Source of the DNA: Frankiales bacterium
Lineage (GTDB): Bacteria > Actinomycetota > Actinomycetes > Mycobacteriales > SCTD01
DNA: 43,345 bases
NCBI GenBank assembly: GCA_043740815.1
Contig: JAYUBO010000198.1
Location: 1 to 43,345 of the forward strand
Direction: 5' to 3'
The notes under the pieces: model-generated
What the model saw: the letters and a program-made list of their open reading frames with translations, nothing else
Told to the model about the DNA's origin: nothing
The model's database searches: none
Made by a program: the position numbers and the translations under genes
Shown: positions 11,149 through 20,425 of the stretch, one piece after another
How the letters are laid out: each line of letters begins with the position of its first letter
How positions within the stretch are numbered: the stretch's first letter is position 1

Positions 11149-12183
11149 ATGACAGACACCGACACCCTCGCTCCTGCGCCCAGTACGGGCGACGAGAGCA
11201 CGCCGGCTGCGCCCCGTAAACGGCGCCGGATTGACGTCCGCAGCGGGGCGGAGACGGGTGCGCTCCTGCTGCTCGTCGTGATCTTCAGCGTGCTGAACAA
11301 GGACTCGTTCCCGACGGTCGTCAACCTTCGGACCATTCTCGACCAGGCTTCGACCCCCCTCATCATCGGCGTCGGCGCAACCCTGGTGATCCTGCTCGGC
11401 TGCATCGACCTCTCGGTCGAAGGCTTCATGAGCGTCTGTGGCCTCGCCTTCGTCCTCCTGTCGGCCAACAGCCGCGGACCGGGGGACCATGGCATGTGGG
11501 CCATCGTCATAGGCCTCGGGCTCGGTGCACTACTGGGCCTGGCCAACGGGCTGGTCCACACCCTGCTGAAGGTCCCCTCGTTCATCGTCACGCTGGGCAT
11601 GGGGTTCGTCGCCTTCGGCCTCGCGACGATCCTGTTCGGTGAGGACCAGCTCCCCTTCCTGCGCAACACCTCCCTCACGTCCTGGCCGGTGCACAGGTTC
11701 CTGGGCCTGCCGTACTCCTTCTGGCTGGCCTTCGTCCTCGTGGCCCTGGGCGCTCTGGTCAGCCGGTACACCCGGCTCGGGCGCTTCACCTACGCGATCG
11801 GCGACAACGAGCTGATCGCCCGCGACAACGGCGTGCCGGTTAACCGTTACAAGGTTCTGGTCTTCACCATCGCCGGCGCGTGCAGCGGCATGGCCGGGAT
11901 CCTGGTCACGATGGACCTCGGCTCAGCGCCGGCCCGCATCGGCATCGGGACGCTGTTCCTGACCATCGCCGCGGTCGTCATCGGAGGGACGTCGCTCGGG
12001 GGCGGCAAGGGCGGGGTCCTGCGGACCGCCGTGGGGGTCCTGCTGCTCACGGTCCTCAACAACGGCCTGATCCTCTCCGGAGTCAGCCCGAACGTCCAGT
12101 CCGCCGTCTCGGGCGGGGTCCTGATCATGGCTATCGTCGCGGCCTCCGGGCCGTACCGCAGCAGACTGAGGATCGTCAAATGA
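11149..12183 (+). CDS. ABC transporter permease (RbsC/branched sugar type)
   Basis: ORF 11083..12183 with ATG at 11149. Multi-TM hydrophobic protein with the typical FIVTLGM and AIGDNE..AR..G motifs. Its stop overlaps the next gene's start (ATGA). Confidence 0.85.
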   Translation: MTDTDTLAPAPSTGDESTPAAPRKRRRIDVRSGAETGALLLLVVIFSVLNKDSFPTVVNLRTILDQASTPLIIGVGATLVILLGCIDLSVEGFMSVCGLAFVLLSANSRGPGDHGMWAIVIGLGLGALLGLANGLVHTLLKVPSFIVTLGMGFVAFGLATILFGEDQLPFLRNTSLTSWPVHRFLGLPYSFWLAFVLVALGALVSRYTRLGRFTYAIGDNELIARDNGVPVNRYKVLVFTIAGACSGMAGILVTMDLGSAPARIGIGTLFLTIAAVVIGGTSLGGGKGGVLRTAVGVLLLTVLNNGLILSGVSPNVQSAVSGGVLIMAIVAASGPYRSRLRIVK

Positions 12184-13739
12184 CCACCACCCTGCCTCCC
12201 CGGGGTCCCAGCGCAGCTGCGGACACGCCTGCCCTGCGACTCACCGGGATCTCCAAGGTCTTCGCCAGGGTGAGCGCCGTCGAGGACATCACCATGGAGG
12301 TCCGCCAGCACGAGGTCGTCGGCCTGATCGGCGAGAACGGTGCCGGCAAGTCGAGCCTGTTGAAGATCCTCACCGGCATCTACCAGCCCGACTCGGGGAC
12401 CATGGAGTCGCACGGCAGGGTCGTGAAGTTCAGGCGTCCGCAGGACTCGGTGGCCGCCGGCATCGGTGTGGTCCACCAGGAGCAGTCCCTGCTGACGAAC
12501 CTCTCGGTCGCCGAGAACATCGCGATGGCGGGCGTCTCGCTCAAGGACGCGGGCACCAAGTTCGGCTTCTACCGCTGGAAGAAGCTCAACAAGGAGGCCG
12601 AGTCCGTCCTCGCCAAGGTCGGCTCGACCGTCGACCCCCGCGCGATCGTGGGGGACCTGCCCTTCGTCGACCGGCAGATGGTGGAGATTGCCCGCGCGCT
12701 CCGCGTCGACGACGCCCTGCACGTCCCACCGCTGCTCATCCTCGACGAACCCACGTCGGTGCTCGAGCGCGACGAGACAGAGACGCTCGAGCGGGAGATC
12801 CGCGCCCTGAAGGACCTGGGGTCCGTCATCTTCGTCTCCCACCGGCTCGACGAGGTCATGCGGATCTGCGACCGCATCCTCGTGATGCGCCGCGGCAGGC
12901 TGGTCGCGGACCGCAACACCGCGGACGTCACGCAGGACGAGCTCTTCCGGCTGATGATCGGCCACGGGTCCCGCGCCGCGAAGCGTCCGGAAGCCGCTGC
13001 GCTGCGCACCGGTACTCCGGTCCTCGAGATCACGGGGGTCAGCCGGAAGGGCGCCTACCGCGACGTGTCGCTGGAGGTCTTCCCGGGACAGTGCGTCGCG
13101 GTCGTCGGGACGATCGGATCAGGCCGTGAGGAGCTCTGCCGCGCCGTGTTCGGCGCGGACACGATCGACTCGGGCCAGATCAAGGTCGACGGCAAGGAGA
13201 CCCGGAACTGGTCGATGCGCACGGCCGTCCGGAGCGGCGTGGCGTACGTCCCCGCCGAGCGCAAGGTCGAAGGGATGGTGGGCGGGCTCCCCGCGGCCGA
13301 CAACCTCACCCTGGCCTACCCCGGCGCGGCCGCCTTCGGGCCGTTCCTGTCCCCGGGTGCCCGCAAGAAGCTGGTGTCGGAGTGGTTCGAGACCCTCGAC
13401 GTCCGGCCGAACGACCCGAAGCTGCGCCTCGAGCGCTTCTCCGGTGGCAACCAGCAGAAGGTCGTCATGGGCAAGTGGCTGCTCGGTGCGCAGCTCAAGG
13501 TCCTGGTGCTCGACCACCCGCTCCGAGGCCTCGACGTCGGCGCGTCCGAGACGGTCAACGCCCAGGTGCAGGCGGCCTGTTCCCGGGGCGTGGGCGTGCT
13601 CCTCATCGCCGACACCATGGAGGAGGCCCTCGACATGGCGCACGTCATCGTGGTCATGCGCGACGGCGAGGTGACGGCCCGCTACGACCTGTCTGTCGAC
13701 GCGATCACCGCCCTGGACCTCCTCGAGAAGATGGTGTGA
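12180..13739 (+). CDS. Sugar ABC transporter ATP-binding protein (fused double NBD)
   Basis: ATG at 12180 overlaps the upstream TGA. First NBD has Walker A GENGAGKSSLLKIL and LILDEPTS. Second NBD has the degenerate GTIGSGREEL, FSGGNQQKV and VLDHPLRGLDV, as in RbsA/MglA. The upstream extension of ORF 11880 overlaps the permease and is rejected. Confidence 0.9.
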   Translation: MTTTLPPRGPSAAADTPALRLTGISKVFARVSAVEDITMEVRQHEVVGLIGENGAGKSSLLKILTGIYQPDSGTMESHGRVVKFRRPQDSVAAGIGVVHQEQSLLTNLSVAENIAMAGVSLKDAGTKFGFYRWKKLNKEAESVLAKVGSTVDPRAIVGDLPFVDRQMVEIARALRVDDALHVPPLLILDEPTSVLERDETETLEREIRALKDLGSVIFVSHRLDEVMRICDRILVMRRGRLVADRNTADVTQDELFRLMIGHGSRAAKRPEAAALRTGTPVLEITGVSRKGAYRDVSLEVFPGQCVAVVGTIGSGREELCRAVFGADTIDSGQIKVDGKETRNWSMRTAVRSGVAYVPAERKVEGMVGGLPAADNLTLAYPGAAAFGPFLSPGARKKLVSEWFETLDVRPNDPKLRLERFSGGNQQKVVMGKWLLGAQLKVLVLDHPLRGLDVGASETVNAQVQAACSRGVGVLLIADTMEEALDMAHVIVVMRDGEVTARYDLSVDAITALDLLEKMV

Positions 13740-13743
13740 CGTC

Positions 13744-14772
13744 ATGAGCACCGAGATCCTCCCCGCTGCACCGGACCCAACCACGACCGACGCCTCGACC
13801 GGTGCGAGCGCACCGCCCCGCCGCCGGCTCACGGCGCTGGACCTCTGGCAGTCCATCGGTCCGCTCGTCGTCTGCCTGGCGCTGTTCGCCCTCGTCGTGG
13901 TCCTGAACTCGGCGTTCCTGATCGGTGGCGGACCCGGCATCCTGACCCTGCAGGCGACGTTCATCCTGCTCATCGCGCTCGGCCAGGCGTGCGTCCTCAA
14001 CGTCGGCAGCATCGACCTGTCGAACGCGGCGCTCTCGGTCCTGTCGGCCATGGTGCTGGCGATGAACCTGAGCAGCCTCGGCCCGCTCGCCCTCGTCCTG
14101 TCGGTCGCGCTCGCCACCCTCGTCGGCGTCGGCAACGGCCTGCTGATCGCGTACGCCCAGGTGCCGTCCTTCGCACTCACGCTCGGCACGCTGGGCGTCC
14201 TGCAGGCCGCGTCCCTCGTCATCAGCGACGCGACGACGGTCTACGTCAAGGGCAGCAGCACGCTCCTGAACCCGCTGTTCGGCACCGCCTTCGCCAAGCT
14301 GCCGCTGGCCTTCTGGCTCTCCGTGGTCCTAGCGGTGGTCATGTGGGTCGTTTTCCGCTTCACGCGGGCGGGAGAGTCCATGACGGCGGTGGGACTCAAC
14401 GAGCAGGGCGCGATCTTCTCGGGCATCAGCAACCGAGGCGTCAAGGTCCTGGCCTTCGGGTTGTCCGGCTTCTTCTCCGGGCTGGTCGGGATCATGATCA
14501 TTGCGCAGGGCGGGGCAGCGTCCTCCTTCGGTCTCGGCAGCGACCTGCTGCTGCCCGGCATCGCCGCCGCCATCGTGGGTGGCACCTCCATCACCGGCGG
14601 AAGGACCAACCCGCTGCTCGTCATCTTCGGGGCGCTCACCGTCGCGCTCATCCCTATCGCCTCAGCGGTGCTGCACGTGCCGGCCACGGCGCAGAGCCTC
14701 GTCTACGGCCTCGTGATCATCATCGCCGTCGCCCTGACCATCCGGCGGAGCGCCGGATCGATCATCAAGTAA
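13744..14772 (+). CDS. ABC transporter permease (second membrane subunit)
   Basis: 342-aa polytopic ORF starting 4 nt after the ATPase stop. It belongs to the same RbsC-like permease family (FALTLGTLG, AVGLNEQGAIFSGI). Confidence 0.85.
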   Translation: MSTEILPAAPDPTTTDASTGASAPPRRRLTALDLWQSIGPLVVCLALFALVVVLNSAFLIGGGPGILTLQATFILLIALGQACVLNVGSIDLSNAALSVLSAMVLAMNLSSLGPLALVLSVALATLVGVGNGLLIAYAQVPSFALTLGTLGVLQAASLVISDATTVYVKGSSTLLNPLFGTAFAKLPLAFWLSVVLAVVMWVVFRFTRAGESMTAVGLNEQGAIFSGISNRGVKVLAFGLSGFFSGLVGIMIIAQGGAASSFGLGSDLLLPGIAAAIVGGTSITGGRTNPLLVIFGALTVALIPIASAVLHVPATAQSLVYGLVIIIAVALTIRRSAGSIIK

Positions 14773-14808
14773 GCCCGCCTCCCCGCTCTCCCGAGACAAG
14801 GACCCACC

Positions 14809-16272
14809 ATGACCGCATTGGCTTCGCTGGAGCCCCGTGAGATCTTTGAGTACTTCGAGGTCCTCTCGTCTATCCCGCGCGGTTCGACGAACGAACGCCG
14901 CGTCGCCGACTGGATCGTCGATTTCGCCAACGAGCGTGGGTGCCACGCCGAGCGCGACGACCTGAACTGCGTGTTCGTCCGCAAGCCGGGCCAGCTGGGC
15001 CTGGAGAATGCCGAACCGCTGATCCTCCACGGACACCTCGACATGGTGTGCGAGAAGAACGAGGGTGTCGTCCACGATTTCGAGAAGGACCCGCTCACGC
15101 TGATCGTCGAGGGTGACTACATCACCGCCGATGGCACATCGCTGGGTGCGGATAACGGCATTGGGGTCTCCTACATTCTTGCGCTACTTGCCTCGACGAC
15201 TATTCCGCATCCGCCGCTGGAAGCAGTGCTCACGGCCATGGAGGAGAAGGGCAAGGTCGGGGCCTCACAATTCGACACGTCACGGCTCGCGGGCCGGCGG
15301 ATGATCGACTTCAACTGGATCACTGACAACGAAATCCTGGCTGGATGCAGCGGTGACATCACCTTCACCGTCGATATCCCCGCGGAATGGGAGCCGGCGC
15401 CGGCAACCCACACCGAGGCGCTGGTGTTGAAGGTGCGCGGACTCAACGGCGGTCACTGCGAGTTTGACATCCAGCTCGAGCGAGCCAACGCCGTGCTCGT
15501 CCTGGCGCGACTGCTCAATGAGGTGCTGGCCACCACCGATGCCCGCATCGCCAGTGCCCACGGCGGCGCCCAGAACAACGCCATCCCTATGGATGCGGAG
15601 GCGGTGGTCCTCGTTCGGCCAGACGCGGTCCAGAGCGTCATCGACGTCGTGAAGGTGCTTGGAGAACACCTCGCCGGCGAGTACAAGCTCGCGGATCCAG
15701 GAATCCGTCTCGAGTCCGAGACCTCGCAGGCTCCTGCGCAGGTCTTCTCCGTCGCGGCCGGTGAGCGCTTCGCGCGGTTGACGGCCCTGGTGCCGAACGG
15801 CGTCATCAGCTGGAGCTTGTCCGTCCCCGGCATCGTTGAGACCTCCAACAATCTGGGCACCATCCGGGCAACTGACGGGGGTGTCCGCCTGATGGCCACC
15901 ATCACGTCGGCCGTGTCCACCCGCAAGCACGAGGTGCTGGATCGTGTCCGTGCCCTCGCCGGCCTGGCGGGCGGGGGAGTCGTCGTGGAGTCCTACGGGC
16001 TCGACGCCGCTGAATTCCCGTACCAGCCCGATTCCCCCCTGCTGGCCATCGCCGTCAAGGCCTACCGCGAGATCAACAGCGAGGAACCCGACGTGCACGT
16101 GTCGCAATGCAGTCTCGAGCTGGGCATGTTCAGCAACAAGATCCCCGGACTCGACATCATCTCCATCGGCACGGAGCTGCACGACCTGCACTCACCAAAG
16201 GAGTCCGTGAGCCACGTTTCCGTGGCCAAAACGTGGCCCCTGGTGCGCGAAGTCGTCGGCCGCCTGGGCTGA
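14809..16272 (+). CDS. pepD: Aminoacyl-histidine (Xaa-His) dipeptidase, M20 family
   Basis: 487 aa. The segments LEPREIFEYFEVLSSIPRGSTNE, LHGHLDMVCEKN and TADGTSLGADNGIGVSY are PepD hallmarks. Confidence 0.85.
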   Translation: MTALASLEPREIFEYFEVLSSIPRGSTNERRVADWIVDFANERGCHAERDDLNCVFVRKPGQLGLENAEPLILHGHLDMVCEKNEGVVHDFEKDPLTLIVEGDYITADGTSLGADNGIGVSYILALLASTTIPHPPLEAVLTAMEEKGKVGASQFDTSRLAGRRMIDFNWITDNEILAGCSGDITFTVDIPAEWEPAPATHTEALVLKVRGLNGGHCEFDIQLERANAVLVLARLLNEVLATTDARIASAHGGAQNNAIPMDAEAVVLVRPDAVQSVIDVVKVLGEHLAGEYKLADPGIRLESETSQAPAQVFSVAAGERFARLTALVPNGVISWSLSVPGIVETSNNLGTIRATDGGVRLMATITSAVSTRKHEVLDRVRALAGLAGGGVVVESYGLDAAEFPYQPDSPLLAIAVKAYREINSEEPDVHVSQCSLELGMFSNKIPGLDIISIGTELHDLHSPKESVSHVSVAKTWPLVREVVGRLG

Positions 16273-16363
16273 GCCCCCTGGTCCACCCCTCGCGGACGCG
16301 TCCCCGACGCCCGAGTCACGTGCCGGCGGCACACCGACCCGACCACCCAGAAGGTGAAGACCC

Positions 16364-16513
16364 ATGACCGCGCTCGACCGGAAGACGCCGCTGGAGATGC
16401 AGATGTACCCGGAGCGCAAGGGCGTCGCCGAAGCCGTTCGCCGGCTCGTCGGCGCCCGGCCGCTCGACCTGCCCACCAATGAAGGCGAGCCGGCCCGGCT
16501 CGCCCCGCGCTGA
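16364..16513 (+). pseudogene. Possible C-terminal remnant of a 2-oxoacid dehydrogenase E1 beta subunit (49 codons)
   Basis: The short frame MTALDRKTPLEMQMYPERKGVAEAVRRLVGARPLDL... resembles the ..PLE..P....I.EAV.R.. tail of E1-beta proteins. It sits immediately upstream of the E2 remnant. It is below the ORF-track length cut-off. Confidence 0.35.
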
Positions 16514-16546
16514 CCGCAACACCCGAACCGGACGTCGAGGAGAAAC

Positions 16547-16930
16547 ATGGCACGGATCGAGGTGCTTCTTCCCCAGTGGGGCATGGGCATGAGTGAGGGC
16601 ACCGTCACCTCGTGGCTGAAGGTGGTCGGTGACACCGTCGCCGAGGACGAAGCGCCTGACGCGCGCCGACGTCGAGTCCGGCACCTTCACTGTCTCGAAC
16701 CTGGGCCATGCTCGGCGTAGACAGATTCGATGCAATCCTCAACCCGCCACAGGTCGGCATCCTCGCCGTGGGCGCCACCCGCAAGCGTCCAGTCGTGGTG
16801 GACGGGCTGGGTCGAGGTGCGCCCGATCGCCGAGCTCACCCTCACCTGCGACCACCGGGCTGTCGACGGCGCGACGGATGCAGGGCTCCTCAGCCGGCTG
16901 CGCCAGGAACTCGAGGCTGGTTCAGCGTGA
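16547..16930 (+). pseudogene. Collapsed dihydrolipoamide acyltransferase (E2) gene: lipoyl-domain start fused to catalytic-domain end, with frameshifts
   Basis: ATG 16547 follows GAGGAGA and gives MARIEVLLPQWGMGMSEGTVTSWLKVVGDTVAEDE, the lipoyl-domain N-terminus, which stops before the DK lipoyl-lysine. Next come LTRADVESGTFTVSNLG (frame 3), MLGVDRFDAILNPPQVGILAVGATRKRPVVVDG (frame 1) and WVEVRPIAELTLTCDHRAVDGATDAGLLSRLRQELE (frame 2, with the DHRxxDG catalytic motif). About 300 codons are missing. Confidence 0.75.
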
Positions 16931-17099
16931 GCTCCCTCGCCCCCGATGAGGGCGGACTCCGCCTGCTCGCAGGACTCGACCGGCTCCCTCTGACGGGCGA
17001 CAGCACGCGCGACGACGTCGCCGACCTCGCGGTCGAGCGCCGGCCCACCTTTGTGCTCGAGCGCATCGACGAGCTGCTGCACCCCGGGAGCTGGCAGGG

Positions 17100-17945
17100 G
17101 TGACAGCCGTCACGGCCCCGGTCGGGGCGTCGCTGCCGGCCGCCTGCGATTCCTCTGAGGGACCCGAGATCGTCAACTGCCTCATGGACATGGACGGAGT
17201 CCTCGTTCGCGAGGAGCTGATGATCCCAGGAGCGGACCTGTTCCTGGCGTCGCTCGAACGCCGAGGAATCCGCTATCGGGTGCTGACGAACAATTCCATT
17301 TACACCGCGCGCGATCTGTCGGCGCGGCTGGCCGCCACCGGCTTGCAGGTCCCACCGGAAAAGATCTGGACCTCCGCCCTTGCGACCGCGCAGTTCCTCA
17401 GCCGCCAGCGCCCGGACGGGAGTGCCTTCGTCATCGGCGAGGCCGGGCTCACGACCGCCCTGCACGACGTTGGCTACACGCTGACCGACCGGGACCCCGA
17501 CTATGTTGTGCTGGGGGAAACCCGGACGTACAGCTTCGAGCAGATCACCCGCGGTATCAGGCTGGTCGAGGGCGGGGCGCGCTTCCTTGCCACGAACCCG
17601 GACCCCGTGGGCCCCTCCCCCCACGGGCCGATCCCGGCGACCGGCGCCGTCGCCGCGCTCATCACCCAGGCCACCGGTGTCGCGCCCTACTTCATCGGCA
17701 AGCCGAACCCGCTGATGATGCGGTCCGCCCTGCGCTCGCTCGACGCTCACTCGCAGACCAGCATCATGATCGGCGATCGGATGGACACCGATATCGTCGC
17801 GGGTCTCGAGGCCGGTCTGCGGACAGTGCTCGTCCTCACCGGCGTCACCCAGGCGTCGATGGTGAGCAGGTTCCCCTACGTCCCGACGCGCATCGTCGCG
17901 TCGGTCGCTGATCTCGTCGACGATCTCGTGCCTGCCGCGTGCTGA
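17100..17945 (+). CDS. HAD-superfamily subfamily IIA hydrolase (NagD-like phosphatase)
   Basis: 281 aa with a GTG start. Motifs: DMDGVL (motif I), LTNNS (motif II), GKPNP (motif III Lys) and GDRMDTDI (motif IV). Confidence 0.85.
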   Translation: MTAVTAPVGASLPAACDSSEGPEIVNCLMDMDGVLVREELMIPGADLFLASLERRGIRYRVLTNNSIYTARDLSARLAATGLQVPPEKIWTSALATAQFLSRQRPDGSAFVIGEAGLTTALHDVGYTLTDRDPDYVVLGETRTYSFEQITRGIRLVEGGARFLATNPDPVGPSPHGPIPATGAVAALITQATGVAPYFIGKPNPLMMRSALRSLDAHSQTSIMIGDRMDTDIVAGLEAGLRTVLVLTGVTQASMVSRFPYVPTRIVASVADLVDDLVPAAC

Positions 17946-17960
17946 CACGCCCTCTGTGCG

Positions 17961-17988
17961 CGCGGCACGCGGCACGCGGCACGCGGCA
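17961..17988. repeat. Tandem heptamer (CGCGGCA) x4
   Basis: Read directly: cgcggca cgcggca cgcggca cgcggca, located 16 nt after the HAD stop at the edge of the mobile-element remnant. Confidence 0.85.
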
Positions 17989-18518
17989 GAGCCTGCCTGC
18001 GGTGCAGCGGCTCATCCCCATCCCGGTGCGTTGCTGGCGCGCCCTGCGTCGCGACAGCAGCATGCTGGTGAGGTAGACCGGGGTAAGTGGGGTCCATCCC
18101 CACTGCTGGTCTATCGCCAGGTCGTCCCGGTGTCCCGCGCCGCTACCGAAGCAGCCGCCCAGCTGGTGGTCCCGAATGACGCGGCCCGACCACGCTGGCC
18201 CAGCTCGGCCCCATCTGGGTCCGAGAATGACCCTGGACTCGCTTCCATCAGGAAGAACGCCCAGGTCAAAGGGGGGTGCGCCGCCAGGTGCTCGAACCCC
18301 GAACCCCGCGCATTAAAGAGTCGATCTTCGGTAGTGACGGAGAGGTTTGTGTGGGTGCCCCCGCCGAATGCCAGCGTAGGCCGAAGCCGTGCAGAAAAGT
18401 GCGTGGAGTCTGGTGCGGCCGGACCGCGTTCACGCTGAACACATTCTGAACACAGACAAACCGCGGACTCACAGTCCGAGGTGGTGCCACGCAACCTTCC
18501 CCCGGGCGTTCCCGACTT

Positions 18519-19236
18519 CTAAGCGCAAGCCACTACGACGACTGGGGTCGCCCCGGCTGACCTCCTTAACGAGCTGTGACCGTCGGGTGTCGAGCTCGGC
18601 GATCTCTGCGTCGAGGTACTGCACCCTTCGTGCCAGGACCCGCAGCGCAAGCTTGGTGATGGTCGTGAAGTCGCTGCCTCGCCTGGCCGGAAGCCCGCGC
18701 AGAGCAGCACGATGTCGCCGATGGACAGGCTGCGGAGCTTCTCTCGAAGTTCGGCGGGAGCGGTGCTGACCAGGCGACGGATTTGGTTCAGCGACTGGGT
18801 GCGGGTCTTCACGCTCGAGTCCGAGTTCTCACCCTGGTGCGGTCCTCAGGGCGTCGGACTTCCCGACTCGCCGTCGAACTTGCCGGTTCGGCCGGTCCAT
18901 TTCCAGGACCGTCACATCTGCTGCTTGCAGAGAACGGCTAAGGCCAGCGCCGTAGGTGCTGGTCCCTTCGATCCCGACCTGTCCGACCTCCCCGAAACTG
19001 TGCAGCCATGCCAGGAGCTGCCGGTAGCCAGCTGGTGTCGTGGGGAACGACTTGGTCCCCAACAGCCCGCCGATGCTGCTCAGGGCTGCGGCGACATGGA
19101 CGTCCAGGTGGGTGTCAACACCACCAGTGATGACGTCGGCGGCGACATCGGTAACGGTTTTTGGCAGTGTGGAGCGGGCCATCGCGTTCTCCTTAGTCAG
19201 TTGCGTGGTGGCAGCACCAGCCGGGACGGCGGACAA
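18519..19236 (-). mobile_element. IS110-family transposase remnant (internal deletion, frameshift, 3' truncation)
   Basis: ORF 18829..19236 encodes the DEDD N-terminal domain (GGVDTHLDVHVAAAL...VGIEGTSTYGAGLSRSL...MDRPNRQVRRRVGKSD). ORF 18519..18812 continues with KTRTQSLNQIRRLVSTAPAELREKL, then shifts frame near 18660 to ITKLALRVLARRVQYLDAEIAELD. No intact C-terminal domain follows. A very degenerate trace (FSARLRPTLAFGGGTHTNLS..EDRLFNA) may extend to about 18111. Confidence 0.8.
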
Positions 19237-19519
19237 GACTGCGATGGGCTTGTTGGAGCAAGCTCCTCATAGGTCACCTCGACCGGTTGGTGCGCTTGAA
19301 CAGGCACCCGACGCCGAAGTCGATTGTTCATTACCCAGACAGCACAACTCGCGTCAGCCGGTTGCTTAGGGTCAGACTCAGCACCGGAGACCTGGCTGCA
19401 CCCTCGCAGATCCAAGACCGGCTAGCGCAGCAATCTTGATCATCCCAGCCGGTACGCAGGGGGTGCCGCACCGACCGTGCCGATCAGACCGTCGAGAGGG
19501 CCCCTGATGGGGCCTGTCA

Positions 19520-19660
19520 GTGATCGCCGTCTGCACAGGTAAAAGCGACATCGACCACCTGCTCATCGGCCCTGCCGGGGTGTTCCCCATCAACACCAAG
19601 AACCATCTAGGCGGCAAGGTCTGGGTTGGGGGACGTTTCCATGCCATTGAGCGTCCCACC
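19520..19660 (+). pseudogene. NERD-domain (nuclease-related) gene fragment
   Basis: VIAVCTGKSDIDHLLIGPAGVFPINTKNHLGGKVWVGG matches the core (x)DIDHLVIGPxGVFxxxTKxH motif of NERD proteins. An in-frame stop lies 5 codons upstream, the similarity is lost downstream, and the ORF tail runs into the convergent GNAT gene. Confidence 0.5.
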
Positions 19661-19763
19661 AGCCAGCGACTTCCACTGCTGCGGGATCGGTCGATTCCAC
19701 TCCTACTTCAGCCTGAGCCTCTGGCTCGTGGCCACCGCTCGGCGCCCCGGTCGATCAGTGTCC

Positions 19764-20333
19764 TTATCTGTCAGGGTTTCTTGGTAGGGGTGAAGAGTGG
19801 GGTGGGGCCACCCAAGCTCGCTGCTCCTGGAGGGCCTTCGTGAGCACGGCGAAGGCCAGGTCGTCGCGGCGGGGGCGGCCGAAGCGCTCCTCGCCGTACG
19901 GGAAGGGGCGGACCTCGCCGGTGTCGCGGTAGCCGCGCCGAAGGTAGAACGCAATCAGCTCCGTGCGCACCGACAGGACCGTCATCTCCACCCGGGACAG
20001 CCCGGCGCGGGCAGCGCGGGCCTCGGCCTCGGCGAGGATGGCGGAGCCGACGCCGGAGCCTTGAAGCCCGGGGCGGACGGCGAACATCCCGAAGTAGGCG
20101 TGGTCGTCCTGGGGGACGAGTGCGCAGCAACCGACAAGGGTGCAGTCCTCGAAGGCGAGCAGCAGCTGGGGCAGCGTCTCGAGGACGGCCTCGGGGTCGG
20201 TCCGCTGGCCGTCGAGCAGGTCGGCCTCGGTGGTCCACCCTTCCCGACTGGCCTCGCCGCGGTAGGCGGACTCGACCAGGGCAACGACGGTCGGGACGTC
20301 CTCAGGAGCAGCAGGCTGGAAGGTGAGCGTCAC
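19764..20333 (-). CDS. GNAT family N-acetyltransferase
   Basis: ORF 19764..20387 (TTG). The likely start is GTG 20333 (VTLTFQPAAPEDVPTVVALVESAY). Motif A reads FAVRPGLQGSGVGSAILAEAEARAARAG, followed by FYLRRGY. Confidence 0.8.
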   Translation of the reverse strand: MTLTFQPAAPEDVPTVVALVESAYRGEASREGWTTEADLLDGQRTDPEAVLETLPQLLLAFEDCTLVGCCALVPQDDHAYFGMFAVRPGLQGSGVGSAILAEAEARAARAGLSRVEMTVLSVRTELIAFYLRRGYRDTGEVRPFPYGEERFGRPRRDDLAFAVLTKALQEQRAWVAPPHSSPLPRNPDR

Positions 20334-20425
20334 GCGGACAGTCTGCCTGCAAGATTCACGACACGAAACTGGCGCACTGGGCCGCAAACCGGCAAAGGTA
20401 GGTGCATCCGACCCGGGGGCTCCTC

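Noticed and set aside
16708-17103. ORF 16708..17103 (131 aa) as a real gene.
   Set aside because: Its first third is one frame of the shattered E2 catalytic domain. The rest (from GTG 16927, 59 codons) has no recognisable family. It is kept only as a note under the E2-fossil finding.
17961-17988. CRISPR array or other long repeat array.
   Set aside because: The only tandem repeat seen is a 7-bp unit repeated four times with no spacers. No 25-40-bp repeats with a regular spacer pattern were noticed anywhere in the window.
18071-18110. tRNA-like T-arm hairpin (GTGGGG-TCCAT-CCCCAC) near the IS remnant, possibly a tRNA gene or att site.
   Set aside because: The loop has 5 nt and lacks the TTCGA-type sequence. 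No acceptor, D or anticodon arms can be drawn around it.
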